A DNA stretch of 64,000 nt from a bacterium (Candidatus Blackallbacteria) CG13_big_fil_rev_8_21_14_2_50_49_14 (GCA_002783405.1 PFGG01000035.1:194940-258939); one strand, 5' to 3'; counted from the stretch's first letter, positions 9,365-17,890 are shown. Translations and numbers: made by a program. The notes: a model not told the origin generated them from the letters alone.

Positions 9365-10047
9365 AACAGCCTCGTTCATTCATTCCATGGTTGCTGGGAT
9401 TCAGTCTCTTTCTCATTGGATTTCTTTTGACTTTTCTTTTCCAAAAACAATCCCCACAACTGGCCAGTCTACCTGTTTTAGGTCAGGTACATGATTTTCA
9501 TTTGCTGAACGAACAAGGGAAACCAATGACAGAGCAGGACCTCAAAGGTAAGGTTTGGGTTGCAGATTTCATTTTTTCAAGTTGCACTGAAGAATGCCCC
9601 CTCATGAATATCGAGATGTCTAAACTTCAAGAGGCTTTTAAGCAAAATGAGCAGGTCAAGCTACTCTCCTTCAGCGTTGATCCTGAAACAGATTCCCCAC
9701 AACGCCTGTTTGAATATGCCCAAAAATTTAAAGCAATACCCCAAAAATGGTCTTTCCTCACCGGAGATCGCGAGAGCTTAAGCCATTTGGCCCTTGAGGA
9801 TTTTCATATTTTGGGAGAGGCCTCAGTCAGCCATGCTCATTCTGAACATTCCCACAATAGGGAAGAACAATCCAATTCCCAAAACACCCATTCAGCATTG
9901 AGAAATCCAAGTATTTCCCAACCCTTTCTGCACAGCCAGCAATTTGTTCTTGTCGATCAAAAACTCCAGATTCGCGGGTATTACGACAGCAGAATGCCCA
10001 ATGATATCAACCGTCTGATTCAGACAGATCTGCCCTCCTTATTCTAA
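9361..10047 (+). CDS. SCO1/SenC family copper chaperone, paralogue 2
   Basis: The GTG at 9361 is overlapped by the stop of the small upstream ORF; the in-frame ATG at 9292 is the ORF-track alternative. N-terminal TM anchor and CxxxC (FSSCTEECPLM). A His-rich insert SHAHSEHSHNREE precedes FLHSQQFVLVD. Confidence 0.8.
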   Translation: MKQPRSFIPWLLGFSLFLIGFLLTFLFQKQSPQLASLPVLGQVHDFHLLNEQGKPMTEQDLKGKVWVADFIFSSCTEECPLMNIEMSKLQEAFKQNEQVKLLSFSVDPETDSPQRLFEYAQKFKAIPQKWSFLTGDRESLSHLALEDFHILGEASVSHAHSEHSHNREEQSNSQNTHSALRNPSISQPFLHSQQFVLVDQKLQIRGYYDSRMPNDINRLIQTDLPSLF

Positions 10048-10073
10048 GCCTCCCCTCCTCAGCCAAATCTGTA

Positions 10074-10108
10074 AAAGCCTGATTCGTTTTCAGGCTTCAA
10101 TTTTTGTT
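10074..10108 (+). terminator. Rho-independent terminator after oxidase operon 1
   Basis: Perfect 8-bp stem AAGCCTGA / TCAGGCTT with loop TTCGTT, followed by CAATTTTTGTT. Confidence 0.5.
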
Positions 10109-10385
10109 AAAAATCGCAACACTGCATCCCATATTCCCTGGAATAGCTTCAAGTACAAATACAGTGCCATTTTAGTGCCAAAATTATTGATCTTTATCAA
10201 AACTAGTTTTGACTTCTGTCATTGTGAATAAACCACTTAATATTCTTACGAACAGGGTTATTATGTTAGAGTGATATAAAAATTTCGTCTGAGTGCTGGT
10301 TCTGTTCATAGGGTTTCAGTCAGGGGTATTTCCTGCAAAATGAACAAACACTAAGCACCAACTTTTAAAAGACCGAGGATAAACC

Positions 10386-11423
10386 GTGAAAGCACAATCG
10401 ACAAGCATTTTACGCCTCATCTTGATGATGGGGAGTTTCTTGCTGATGTATCCTTTGAATGCACTGGCGCTGATGGATGCCCAGTCAACTTTTGATGTCA
10501 AAGGAACCATTGGCCAGGAGCAACTGACTGTTTTCTGGTTCACGGTAGGAGTGTCTGCCTTCCTGCTGCTGACCGTAGGTGGCGTCTTTTTCTACGCCCT
10601 TTTCCGTTTTCGTGCCAAACCGGGCCAGGACTTTGCTGTCCCTGAACAAACCCATGGAAGCGCAAAAGTAGAAATTGCACTGATTATTGCCTCCTGTTTA
10701 TTACTGCTGGTAATTGCAGTGCCCAACGCCAAAGCGTTGTTTGTGATGGACAAGCCCCCCGAAGATAAACCGGCCATGAAGGTCATCGCGATCGGGCACC
10801 AATGGTGGTGGGAATTCCAATACCCTGACCTGGGGATTACAACAGCCAACGAATTGCATATTCCAACCAATACAGCTGTTAAAGTTGATATTAAAGCCGT
10901 AGATGTTATTCACAGCTTTTGGGTTCCACGTCTGGCGGGCAAAATGGATGCCGTTCCGGGTCAAATCAACCAGATGTGGTTAGATGCCAAAGAGCCCGGA
11001 AAATACAACGGACAATGTACTGAGTTTTGTGGAGACTCCCACGCTCAAATGCGTTTTTTGGTATTTGCACATGACAAGGCCGATTTTGACAAGTGGACAA
11101 AATCAGAAAAAGCCGATGCAGCAAAGCCTGATACCGTTGCACAGGTCAATGGCGAAAAAGTCTTTATGCAAGGCTGTAATTCCTGCCATGCCATTAAGGG
11201 AACCAACGCCATGGGCATTATCGGCCCCAACCTGACCCATTTTGGCAGTCGTACAAGCCTGGGTGCTGTTATGTATGAGAACAATACAGATAACCTGAAA
11301 AATTGGATCAAATTCCCTCAGCAAATGAAGCCTGGTAACCTAATGAAACTGGAACAGGCCAATATTGTACTGAGTGACAGAGATCTTGCAGATCTTGTAG
11401 CCTATCTGCAAAATCTGAAATAG
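10386..11423 (+). CDS. coxB: Cytochrome c oxidase subunit II with a C-terminal cytochrome c domain, second copy
   Basis: Signal/TM N-terminus. CuA motif H..CTEFCGDSHAQM. C-terminal CxxCH (CNSCHAIKG). It is a paralogue of the 4742..5821 gene. Confidence 0.9.
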   Translation: MKAQSTSILRLILMMGSFLLMYPLNALALMDAQSTFDVKGTIGQEQLTVFWFTVGVSAFLLLTVGGVFFYALFRFRAKPGQDFAVPEQTHGSAKVEIALIIASCLLLLVIAVPNAKALFVMDKPPEDKPAMKVIAIGHQWWWEFQYPDLGITTANELHIPTNTAVKVDIKAVDVIHSFWVPRLAGKMDAVPGQINQMWLDAKEPGKYNGQCTEFCGDSHAQMRFLVFAHDKADFDKWTKSEKADAAKPDTVAQVNGEKVFMQGCNSCHAIKGTNAMGIIGPNLTHFGSRTSLGAVMYENNTDNLKNWIKFPQQMKPGNLMKLEQANIVLSDRDLADLVAYLQNLK

Positions 11424-11458
11424 CCCATCGTGATTGAATATAGACAAGAGAGGAAAAT

Positions 11459-13378
11459 ATGGCAACAAGTACGGAAGTAATCAGTACAGGAGGTCATGCG
11501 CATACCCATTCCGATGCTCCGGAGATGGGCATGTTGGGGCCTCGCCCTTCTGCAAAGACGGGCGTCTGGAGCTGGTTAACGACGACCGACCATAAACGCA
11601 TTGGCGTCATGTATGGCATCAGCGCCCTGTTGTTTTTGGTTCTGGGTGGTCTTGAAGCTCTGATGGTCCGCATTCAGTTGGCCGTCCCCAATAATGACAT
11701 GTTGGTTGGCGATATGTTCAACCAAATGTTCACCATGCATGGCACAACCATGATCTTTTTGGCGGTCATGCCTTTGATCGCCGCCTTTTTTAATTTCGTA
11801 GTCCCCCTTCAAATTGGCGCACGTGACGTAGCCTTTCCCCGACTGAATGCTTTCAGTCTCTGGGTTTTTGTGGCTGGGGCGGTTTTAATCAATGTCAGTT
11901 GGTTTGCCGGTGGCGCTCCCAATGGTGCTTGGGTAGGTTATCCTCCCATTACAGGCCCTCAATACAATCCTGGCCATAACTCAGATTTCTGGGTCATGGG
12001 CTTGATGCTTTTAGGGGTAGCCTCTGTAGCCGCATCGCTTAACTTTTTCACCACGATTATCAATATGCGGGCTCCAGGCCTGACGCTGATGCGCATGCCT
12101 GTTTTTGTCTGGATGACCTTGGTGACCAATGTTTTGATCCTGCTGGCATTCCCTCCCATTACCATTGCCTTGGCGCAGTTGATGATGGATCGTATGTTTG
12201 GCGCCAATTTCTTCAATGTCGCCAAAGGTGGCATGCCCATTATGTGGCAACACTGGTTCTGGGTCTTTGGACACCCTGAAGTCTATATTCTGATTCTGCC
12301 TGGTATGGGAATTGTGTCTGAAATTCTTCCGACCTTTTCGCGCAAACCTTTGTTTGGTTATCCCCTGATTGTTTTCTCTGGTGCCTTTATCGGCTTTATG
12401 GGATTTACAGTCTGGAGCCACCATATGTTTACCTCTGGTATGGGCGTGATTGCCGTTTTGGCCTTCTCTGTCACTACCTCTATTATCGCGGTGCCAACCG
12501 GTGTCAAAATCTTTAACTGGATTGGTACCATGTGGGGCGGAAATCTACGCATGACCACCCCCATGCTCTATGCGCTTTCATTTATTGCCATGTTCACCGT
12601 GGGCGGCTTCAGCGGCATTATGCACTCCGCCGCCGCCGCAGATATGCAACAACACGATACCTATTTCATCGTTGCACATTTCCACTATGTCTTAATCGGT
12701 GGCGCCATTTCAGCTTTGTTTGGCGGTATCGCTTACTGGTTCCCCAAAATTACAGGCCGATTGATGGATGAGAAACTGGGTAAATTTGCCTTTTGGGTCT
12801 TCCTGATCGGTTTTAATATGACCTTTTTCCCAATGCATATCCTGGGCTTGAATGGAATGCCACGTCGTATTTACACCTACCATGCAGATATGGGCTGGAA
12901 TTTCTGGAACCTGTTCTGTACTGTGGGAGCCTTCGTACTGGCTTTCGGCATTCTCTTTTTCTTCATCAATATGGTTCACTCTTTCCGCAATGGAGAAATT
13001 GCAGGCGACGATCCCTGGGATGGCCGTACACTGGAATGGAGCATTCCGTCTCCCCCTCCCGTTTACAATTTTGCCGTAATTCCTGAAGTCACCCATTTGG
13101 ATGATTTTTGGCATAAAAAACAAACAGGCAAAGCCAATATTCCTTGGGATGGCAAGTTGATTCACATGCCCCTGTCTTCTTACTACCCTCTGATTGTGGG
13201 AGTTGGAATGTTCATCTTTGGCATGGGCATGATTTATATCAAAGACTCTGTCATGTTTGCTCTTCCCGTGGCATTAGGTGGTTTCGGTCTGATGACCTTT
13301 GCCATCTTCGGATGGGCACTTGAAGGACCCGGCGGTGAAATGCTGGACCCAACAAAAGAAAGTGGGGCACATAACTAA
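11459..13378 (+). CDS. ctaD: Cytochrome c oxidase subunit I, second copy, with a C-terminal extension carrying extra TM helices
   Basis: 639 aa. Contains WFWVFGHPEVYILILPGMGIV, HHMF and FIVAHFHY. About 70 extra C-terminal residues carry two hydrophobic segments. Confidence 0.95.
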   Translation: MATSTEVISTGGHAHTHSDAPEMGMLGPRPSAKTGVWSWLTTTDHKRIGVMYGISALLFLVLGGLEALMVRIQLAVPNNDMLVGDMFNQMFTMHGTTMIFLAVMPLIAAFFNFVVPLQIGARDVAFPRLNAFSLWVFVAGAVLINVSWFAGGAPNGAWVGYPPITGPQYNPGHNSDFWVMGLMLLGVASVAASLNFFTTIINMRAPGLTLMRMPVFVWMTLVTNVLILLAFPPITIALAQLMMDRMFGANFFNVAKGGMPIMWQHWFWVFGHPEVYILILPGMGIVSEILPTFSRKPLFGYPLIVFSGAFIGFMGFTVWSHHMFTSGMGVIAVLAFSVTTSIIAVPTGVKIFNWIGTMWGGNLRMTTPMLYALSFIAMFTVGGFSGIMHSAAAADMQQHDTYFIVAHFHYVLIGGAISALFGGIAYWFPKITGRLMDEKLGKFAFWVFLIGFNMTFFPMHILGLNGMPRRIYTYHADMGWNFWNLFCTVGAFVLAFGILFFFINMVHSFRNGEIAGDDPWDGRTLEWSIPSPPPVYNFAVIPEVTHLDDFWHKKQTGKANIPWDGKLIHMPLSSYYPLIVGVGMFIFGMGMIYIKDSVMFALPVALGGFGLMTFAIFGWALEGPGGEMLDPTKESGAHN

Positions 13379-14013
13379 TGAGCCACGCAGCAACTGTGGA
13401 TCAACAGCACCCCCATGCAGAACATCATCATGAGGAGCATTCCTATACGGGAATCCCCAATAAAAAAGTGATGATGTGGGCCTTTCTGGCCTCTGATTGC
13501 ATGTTTTTCGGTACGCTGATTTCTACCTATATCATTTACCATGGAAAGAGTCTCGCAGGTCCTTATCCTGCAGAGGTTCTGAATATCCCGGTGACGACAG
13601 CCAGTTCATTTGTGCTGCTGATGAGCAGTTTGCTCATGGCACTCAGTGTGGCAGCTATCAATCGCCAGGATATCACCAAATTCCGGCTGTGGATTTTCCT
13701 GACCGGTGTGTTTGGCGCGATCTTTCTTGGTTTCCAGTCCTATGAATTCACTGAATTCGTATCCAGAGGCGTCACACTACAGAACAATTTGTTTGGTTCA
13801 ACCTTCTATACCATGACTGGAACCCACGGTTTACACGTTGCCATTGGTGTTTTCTGGCTATTTAGCTGGTTCATCTACTCTTTCTTTGGCAATATGAAAG
13901 ACAAAGCCACCGATATTGAGGTTGCAGGCCTGTATTGGCACTTCGTTGATATTGTCTGGATTGTCATCTTTACCGTGATTTACCTTGTGGAATTTGTAGG
14001 AGTGACGAGCTAA
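13378..14013 (+). CDS. Cytochrome c oxidase subunit III, second copy
   Basis: ATGA overlap with ctaD2. 211 aa ending ...GLYWHFVDIVWIVIFTVIYL, the subunit III signature. Confidence 0.85.
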   Translation: MSHAATVDQQHPHAEHHHEEHSYTGIPNKKVMMWAFLASDCMFFGTLISTYIIYHGKSLAGPYPAEVLNIPVTTASSFVLLMSSLLMALSVAAINRQDITKFRLWIFLTGVFGAIFLGFQSYEFTEFVSRGVTLQNNLFGSTFYTMTGTHGLHVAIGVFWLFSWFIYSFFGNMKDKATDIEVAGLYWHFVDIVWIVIFTVIYLVEFVGVTS

Positions 14014-14657
14014 TGAGCAACGCACATGCAGAACACCCCGATCATGTCCCTGTCTATGTCAAACTGGCAGCCGCCTTGGGGATTGTAACCGCAGCAGAGG
14101 TTGGAATTCTCTACGTGGCTCTGCCTCACGCATTGATGTATGTGGGTCTTTATTTACTCGCTGCACTTAAATTCGGATTTGTTGTCGCAGTTTTTATGCA
14201 CCTCAAATACGATAATAAGTTGTTGACAGGTATTTTCTTCAGTGGATTCACTATCGCACTGGCAACCATGGTCGCGATGATTTCGCTGATCAACTACCAA
14301 CCCAGCAAAACTTCTATACATGTCAAAAATTCAAAAGAATTAGCGGCATTGAGTGCGTCTGGCAATGCAGAAAACGGGCCTGCTGTTTTTAAGGCAAAAG
14401 GCTGTACCGCTTGTCATTCCATCAGCAGTGTAGATGGTGCGATAGGTCAGGCCGGCCCCAAATTGGATGGCTTGGGCGAACGTGCAAAAACACGTGTCGC
14501 AGGTAAGGATGCAGTGGCTTATATTAAAGAATCCATTGAAAATCCCGCTGCCTTTGTTGTTGAAGGATTTCCGGCAGGTTTAATGCCAGCAAATCTGAAG
14601 CAAACAATGAGTGATCAGGAGTACAGCGATTTGGTCGCCTTCTTGGCCAAGTTATAA
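14013..14657 (+). CDS. Cytochrome c oxidase subunit IV (caa3 CoxD-like) fused to a C-terminal mono-heme cytochrome c domain
   Basis: ATGA overlap with subunit III. The N-terminal ~100 aa form 3 TM helices comparable to the 8196..8519 product. The C-terminal ~90 aa carry CTACH and are paralogous to the C-terminus of the 15623..16228 cytochrome c (shared ...FKAKGC..CH.IS....GA.G..GPKLDGLG....TRV.GKDAV.YIKESIENP..FVVEGFP...). Confidence 0.7.
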   Translation: MSNAHAEHPDHVPVYVKLAAALGIVTAAEVGILYVALPHALMYVGLYLLAALKFGFVVAVFMHLKYDNKLLTGIFFSGFTIALATMVAMISLINYQPSKTSIHVKNSKELAALSASGNAENGPAVFKAKGCTACHSISSVDGAIGQAGPKLDGLGERAKTRVAGKDAVAYIKESIENPAAFVVEGFPAGLMPANLKQTMSDQEYSDLVAFLAKL

Positions 14658-14660
14658 ACA

Positions 14661-15554
14661 ATGCTGAACTTTTTGTGTCCCCCGGCTCTGGCCCATGAAT
14701 TTGAAGCCATACCTTCTGTAGATATTCCTGCAAACGTATGGTGGACATGGCGACTGGAGTGGGGGGCACTTCTCATTTTGGCTTTGGCCGGTTGGGGCTA
14801 TTATCAGCTCTGGCAATACGCCAAAAACCAGTTAAAACTGGAAACGGCCCAAAAACTCGATAAGAAAAAAGCTGCTTATTTTTTCTCAGGTCTGGCCTTG
14901 ATCTATATAGCCATCGCCTCTCCAATCGACAGTGTCGGCGAGCAATATTTATTCAGTGTACATATGTTTCAACACAATCTCTTTATGTACCCTGTGGCCA
15001 CACTGCTTTTGATAGGCATTCCCGAGTGGATGCTTCAAATTGTGTTTAGATATTGGCCTTGGTCAGAAACAGTCCTTAAAAAATTAGCTCACCCCATACC
15101 CGCTTGTCTGCTTTTCAACCTGATTTTCGGGGTCTGGCATGTCCCCTATCTGTATGATTGGGCACTCAAAGACCGTATGGTGCATAACCTGGAGCATCTG
15201 ACTTTTGTTCTCAGTGCGCTCCTGATGTGGATGCCTGTGCGCAGTCCCCTTCTAAACTTGCGGCTAAGTCATGGGTTTCAAATGCTTTATATCGGTGCGC
15301 TTACTATCGCTCAAATTCCTGTTTTTGCCTTTGTCACTTTCTCACGAACCGTTCTTTACCAAACCTATGAGCTCGCCCCCCGCTTAACCACATTGACGGC
15401 ACGTGGAGACCAACAATTAGGGGGCGTACTCATGAAACTGACAGGAATGTTGGTTTTCAGCATTGCATTTATTCTGATCTTTATGGCCTGGTACCGCGCC
15501 GATAAAGATCAGGAAAACAATCCACAACTCAAGACCCGACCGCATTTCAATTGA
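14661..15554 (+). CDS. Cytochrome oxidase assembly factor, Bacillus CtaG-like (Caa3_CtaG family) polytopic membrane protein
   Basis: 297 aa with about 7 TM helices. Contains SVHMFQHNLFMYP, a His pair in a helix as in CtaG-type assembly factors. It lies inside the oxidase operon. The assignment was made by eye and was not verified by search. Confidence 0.55.
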   Translation: MLNFLCPPALAHEFEAIPSVDIPANVWWTWRLEWGALLILALAGWGYYQLWQYAKNQLKLETAQKLDKKKAAYFFSGLALIYIAIASPIDSVGEQYLFSVHMFQHNLFMYPVATLLLIGIPEWMLQIVFRYWPWSETVLKKLAHPIPACLLFNLIFGVWHVPYLYDWALKDRMVHNLEHLTFVLSALLMWMPVRSPLLNLRLSHGFQMLYIGALTIAQIPVFAFVTFSRTVLYQTYELAPRLTTLTARGDQQLGGVLMKLTGMLVFSIAFILIFMAWYRADKDQENNPQLKTRPHFN

Positions 15555-15622
15555 TTCAGGTACAATGAAAGCAAACAAATGATAAAACAAGATTTATCAA
15601 AATACGAGAAAGGTAACTCACT

Positions 15623-16228
15623 ATGAAACCCGCAGATCAAATGAAAGTTGTCGCTCTTTCATTTTTTTCATTGGCCATTTTGATCGCCATGATTACCACT
15701 GTTTCCATCATTACAAACCAGGCTGTTTCCGGCCACGGTGGAGAACATGGTACAGAAGCTCATCAAAGCAGCAACAATGAAAGCACAGCCGAACAAGCCG
15801 CCCCCAAAACTGAAGAACATGCAGCGCCTAAAACTGAAGAACATGCAACAGCCACAAAGGAACAAGCTGCCCCAAAGACTGAAGAGCACGCAGCGCCTAA
15901 AACTGAAGAACACAAAGAAACAAAACTTGCTGTTGCAGGAGATGCAAAAGCAGGGGCTGAAGTTTTCAAAGCTAAAACCTGCTCAACTTGCCACACGATC
16001 AGCTCATTGGCTGGTGCCACGGGAGCTGTAGGGCCTAAACTGGATGGTTTGGGCAAAACAGCTGCCACCCGTGTCACAGGCAAAGATGCTGTAACCTATA
16101 TTAAAGAATCCATTGAAAACCCAACTACTTTTGTCGTAGAAGGATTCCCTCCTGCCATGCCGGCTTTGAAAGCAACCATGAATGAGAAAGAATTTGAAGA
16201 TCTGGTTGCTTACCTCGTAAGCCTTTAA
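15623..16228 (+). CDS. Membrane-anchored mono-heme cytochrome c (class I) with a repetitive Ala/Pro/Lys/Glu linker
   Basis: N-terminal TM anchor, a low-complexity linker containing EQAAPKTEEHAAPKTEEH twice, and a C-terminal CSTCH haem-binding domain. Confidence 0.8.
   Translation: MKPADQMKVVALSFFSLAILIAMITTVSIITNQAVSGHGGEHGTEAHQSSNNESTAEQAAPKTEEHAAPKTEEHATATKEQAAPKTEEHAAPKTEEHKETKLAVAGDAKAGAEVFKAKTCSTCHTISSLAGATGAVGPKLDGLGKTAATRVTGKDAVTYIKESIENPTTFVVEGFPPAMPALKATMNEKEFEDLVAYLVSL
15791..15928 (+). repeat. In-frame tandem duplication (2 x 69 nt, with nested 24-nt sub-repeats) inside the cytochrome c linker
   Basis: The unit gaacaagc[c/t]gcccc...gaagaacatgca recurs at 15791 and 15860, encoding EQAAPKTEEHAAPKTEEH twice. 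It is not a CRISPR: there are no spacers and it is coding. Confidence 0.7.
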
Positions 16229-16707
16229 TGCGGTAAAAATTCACGCAATTTTTGTTGCGCCACACATTGATGAGCCACAACTTGAAGTTGTGGCTTATTT
16301 GTTTTGCCTTCAAAGTCAGCGATACATTTAAGCAGCGCAACAGACCAGGGAGAAAATTCCTTGGGGCTCCGAATCCGCTCAAGAAAAACACCCTGTTGGC
16401 GCATAGTGACCAAATACTCTTGGGTCACACTCTGACGCAACTGATAAGGGCTCTGTTGCCATCCCAACCAATCCATGTTTGCAAAGGAAACAGGCGCCTT
16501 GCTTACTTCAGGTACAGAAGGCTCCTCTGAGCGCCGCTCAGACACCTGAAGCGGAAAGATCCACTGGATCGAAACAGCCTGAAACCCCAAAACCAAGGAA
16601 AAGAAAAGGCCCTGAAGTCGTTTTTCAAAGGATTGGATTTGAAAGATACTCCACAAAAAAAGAAAAACTGCCAAACCACTTAAAAGGGCCGGCAGAAATT
16701 CAGACAT
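16225..16707 (-). CDS. Hypothetical membrane protein (160 aa)
   Basis: Two N-terminal hydrophobic helices and no recognisable motif. It lies downstream of the flagellar hook/rod-like gene on the same strand. Confidence 0.4.
   Translation of the reverse strand: MSEFLPALLSGLAVFLFLWSIFQIQSFEKRLQGLFFSLVLGFQAVSIQWIFPLQVSERRSEEPSVPEVSKAPVSFANMDWLGWQQSPYQLRQSVTQEYLVTMRQQGVFLERIRSPKEFSPWSVALLKCIADFEGKTNKPQLQVVAHQCVAQQKLREFLPH
16273..16305. terminator. Palindromic hairpin at the convergent junction of the cytochrome c gene and the minus-strand 16225..16707 gene
   Basis: AGCCACAACT tgaa AGTTGTGGCT is a perfect 10-bp stem, followed by TATTTGTTTT on the plus strand. It overlaps the 3' coding end of the minus-strand ORF, where it encodes PQLQVV. 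Confidence 0.4.
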
Positions 16708-16712
16708 GCTTT

Positions 16713-17711
16713 TTATCTAAAAACGCTGTTTAAATCATCCCAGGCAGACAAAAATGCTTTCATGGCTGCTGTTGTGGAGGTAAAGGTACGCTGTAACATC
16801 CCCAAAAGCCCCATGCTGCTGGGTAACTCAGTATTGGATTGCTCCAATGTTTGGCTTTCAATCGACCCCAAGCCCAACTGCTTATCACCAGGTGCACCCA
16901 CACCAGGAATACCACCAGGTGCAGCAGCGTCTGTTGCTTTATAAACAATGCCACCAAAACGAGAATTGGATAAGCCCTGAAGATTGGGAAATATTGCCAG
17001 AGCCAATTGATTGCCTTTACGCAAACCACGGGTTTCATTGATCAAAAACCCATCACGATCAAAATCTATCTGATCCCCATTGATTCCCAAATTATGTTGA
17101 AAAAACGTATTTCCACCCTGGGTATACTCTGTCGTATAATCGGAAACACGCAGAGAAGCCAATTCAGCAGTCACATTTGCCAAAGGTTCAGACAAAGCAG
17201 TAGAAATTTGGGCAGCTGTTTGGGCCCCTCCAGATTTTAATTGATCCAGGATTTTTTGCCCCAAAGCTGAAACCACAGGATTGATTTCAACTGTCGTTTT
17301 TTCCAAGGCTCCTGTTTGTGGATCAAAACTGGCAACACTTAAACCATCACTGTTGACCAGTGTTCCTGTATTATCAAAGTGAAACTCACCATTGCGGGTA
17401 TAATAAAACTCACCCTTCGCGTCAAAAAGGATAAAAAAACCACGACCATTGATCGCGAGATCAGTCGTAAAACCTGTTCTTTGAAGTGCACCCTGACCAA
17501 AATCAGATGTTGTGGCCCCCAAAGCAGTTCCTGCTCCTGAAGCCTGCCTTCCATTGCCAAAATCAATCACATCCAGTCCAGTTAAAGTACCACGAACTTC
17601 TTTCGCGCCGGGAATCTGGCTACGGGTCAAATTAGACGCTTCAATATTCATTAGCTGATTTGTGGCCCGTAAGGCTTCACGAATCCCTGTCATCCCACCA
17701 CTACTCGTCAT
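16713..17711 (-). CDS. Flagellar hook / basal-body rod family protein (FlgE/FlgF/FlgG family)
   Basis: Conserved N-terminal helix region (MTGIREALRATNQLMNIEASNLTRSQIPGAKE), the central GFFILFDAKGEFYYTRNGEFHFDNTGTLVNSDG motif, and the C-terminal LEQSNTELPSSMGLLGMLQRTF helix typical of this family. GGAGG Shine-Dalgarno 9 nt upstream. Confidence 0.8.
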   Translation of the reverse strand: MTSSGGMTGIREALRATNQLMNIEASNLTRSQIPGAKEVRGTLTGLDVIDFGNGRQASGAGTALGATTSDFGQGALQRTGFTTDLAINGRGFFILFDAKGEFYYTRNGEFHFDNTGTLVNSDGLSVASFDPQTGALEKTTVEINPVVSALGQKILDQLKSGGAQTAAQISTALSEPLANVTAELASLRVSDYTTEYTQGGNTFFQHNLGINGDQIDFDRDGFLINETRGLRKGNQLALAIFPNLQGLSNSRFGGIVYKATDAAAPGGIPGVGAPGDKQLGLGSIESQTLEQSNTELPSSMGLLGMLQRTFTSTTAAMKAFLSAWDDLNSVFR

Positions 17712-17753
17712 AACTGGACCTCCAGATTTTGGTACACGCTACCGTATGTTTCC

Positions 17754-17761
17754 TTATCGGC
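17754..17761 (-). promoter_or_regulatory. Sigma-28 (FliA)-like -10 element GCCGATAA upstream of the hook/rod gene
   Basis: The minus strand reads ...ttgatcttcaaaGCCGATAAggaaac..., an 8/8 match to the enterobacterial FliA -10 consensus. It lies about 43 nt upstream of the ATG. The -35 match is poor. Confidence 0.35.
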
Positions 17762-17860
17762 TTTGAAGATCAAAATCCACTCAAAAAAAACAGGATCTTT
17801 ATGGTTATTTAATACAAAAATACAGTTTTAAAATCTTAATTGAGAAAGTATTTAATACCT

Positions 17861-17890
17861 ATTAAAAAATCCCTCCGCCAGGGGAGGGAT
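17861..17890 (-). terminator. Rho-independent terminator after the 17911..18225 gene
   Basis: Perfect 8-bp G/C-rich stem ATCCCTCC / GGAGGGAT with loop GCCAGG. On the minus strand it is followed by TTTTTTAAT. Confidence 0.5.

Noticed and set aside
15791-15928. Possible CRISPR-like array from the 24-nt repeated units
   Set aside because: The repeats are directly abutting and in-frame coding for an APKTEEHA motif. There are no unique spacers and no cas genes. It is a coding tandem duplication.
2508-16083. Numerous 60-160-aa ORFs antisense to or overlapping mrdA, sco, ctaB, cox genes and the cytochrome c gene (e.g. 2508..2987+, 3800..4009-, 12011..12424-, 12710..13165-, 15763..16083-)
   Set aside because: They lie entirely inside well-supported conserved genes on the opposite strand or in another frame. 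They have no RBS, and their low-complexity composition mirrors the sense gene.
16252-16530. Plus-strand 92-aa ORF 16252..16530
   Set aside because: It lies fully inside the longer minus-strand 160-aa ORF and has no RBS. The minus-strand ORF is kept, though itself at low confidence.
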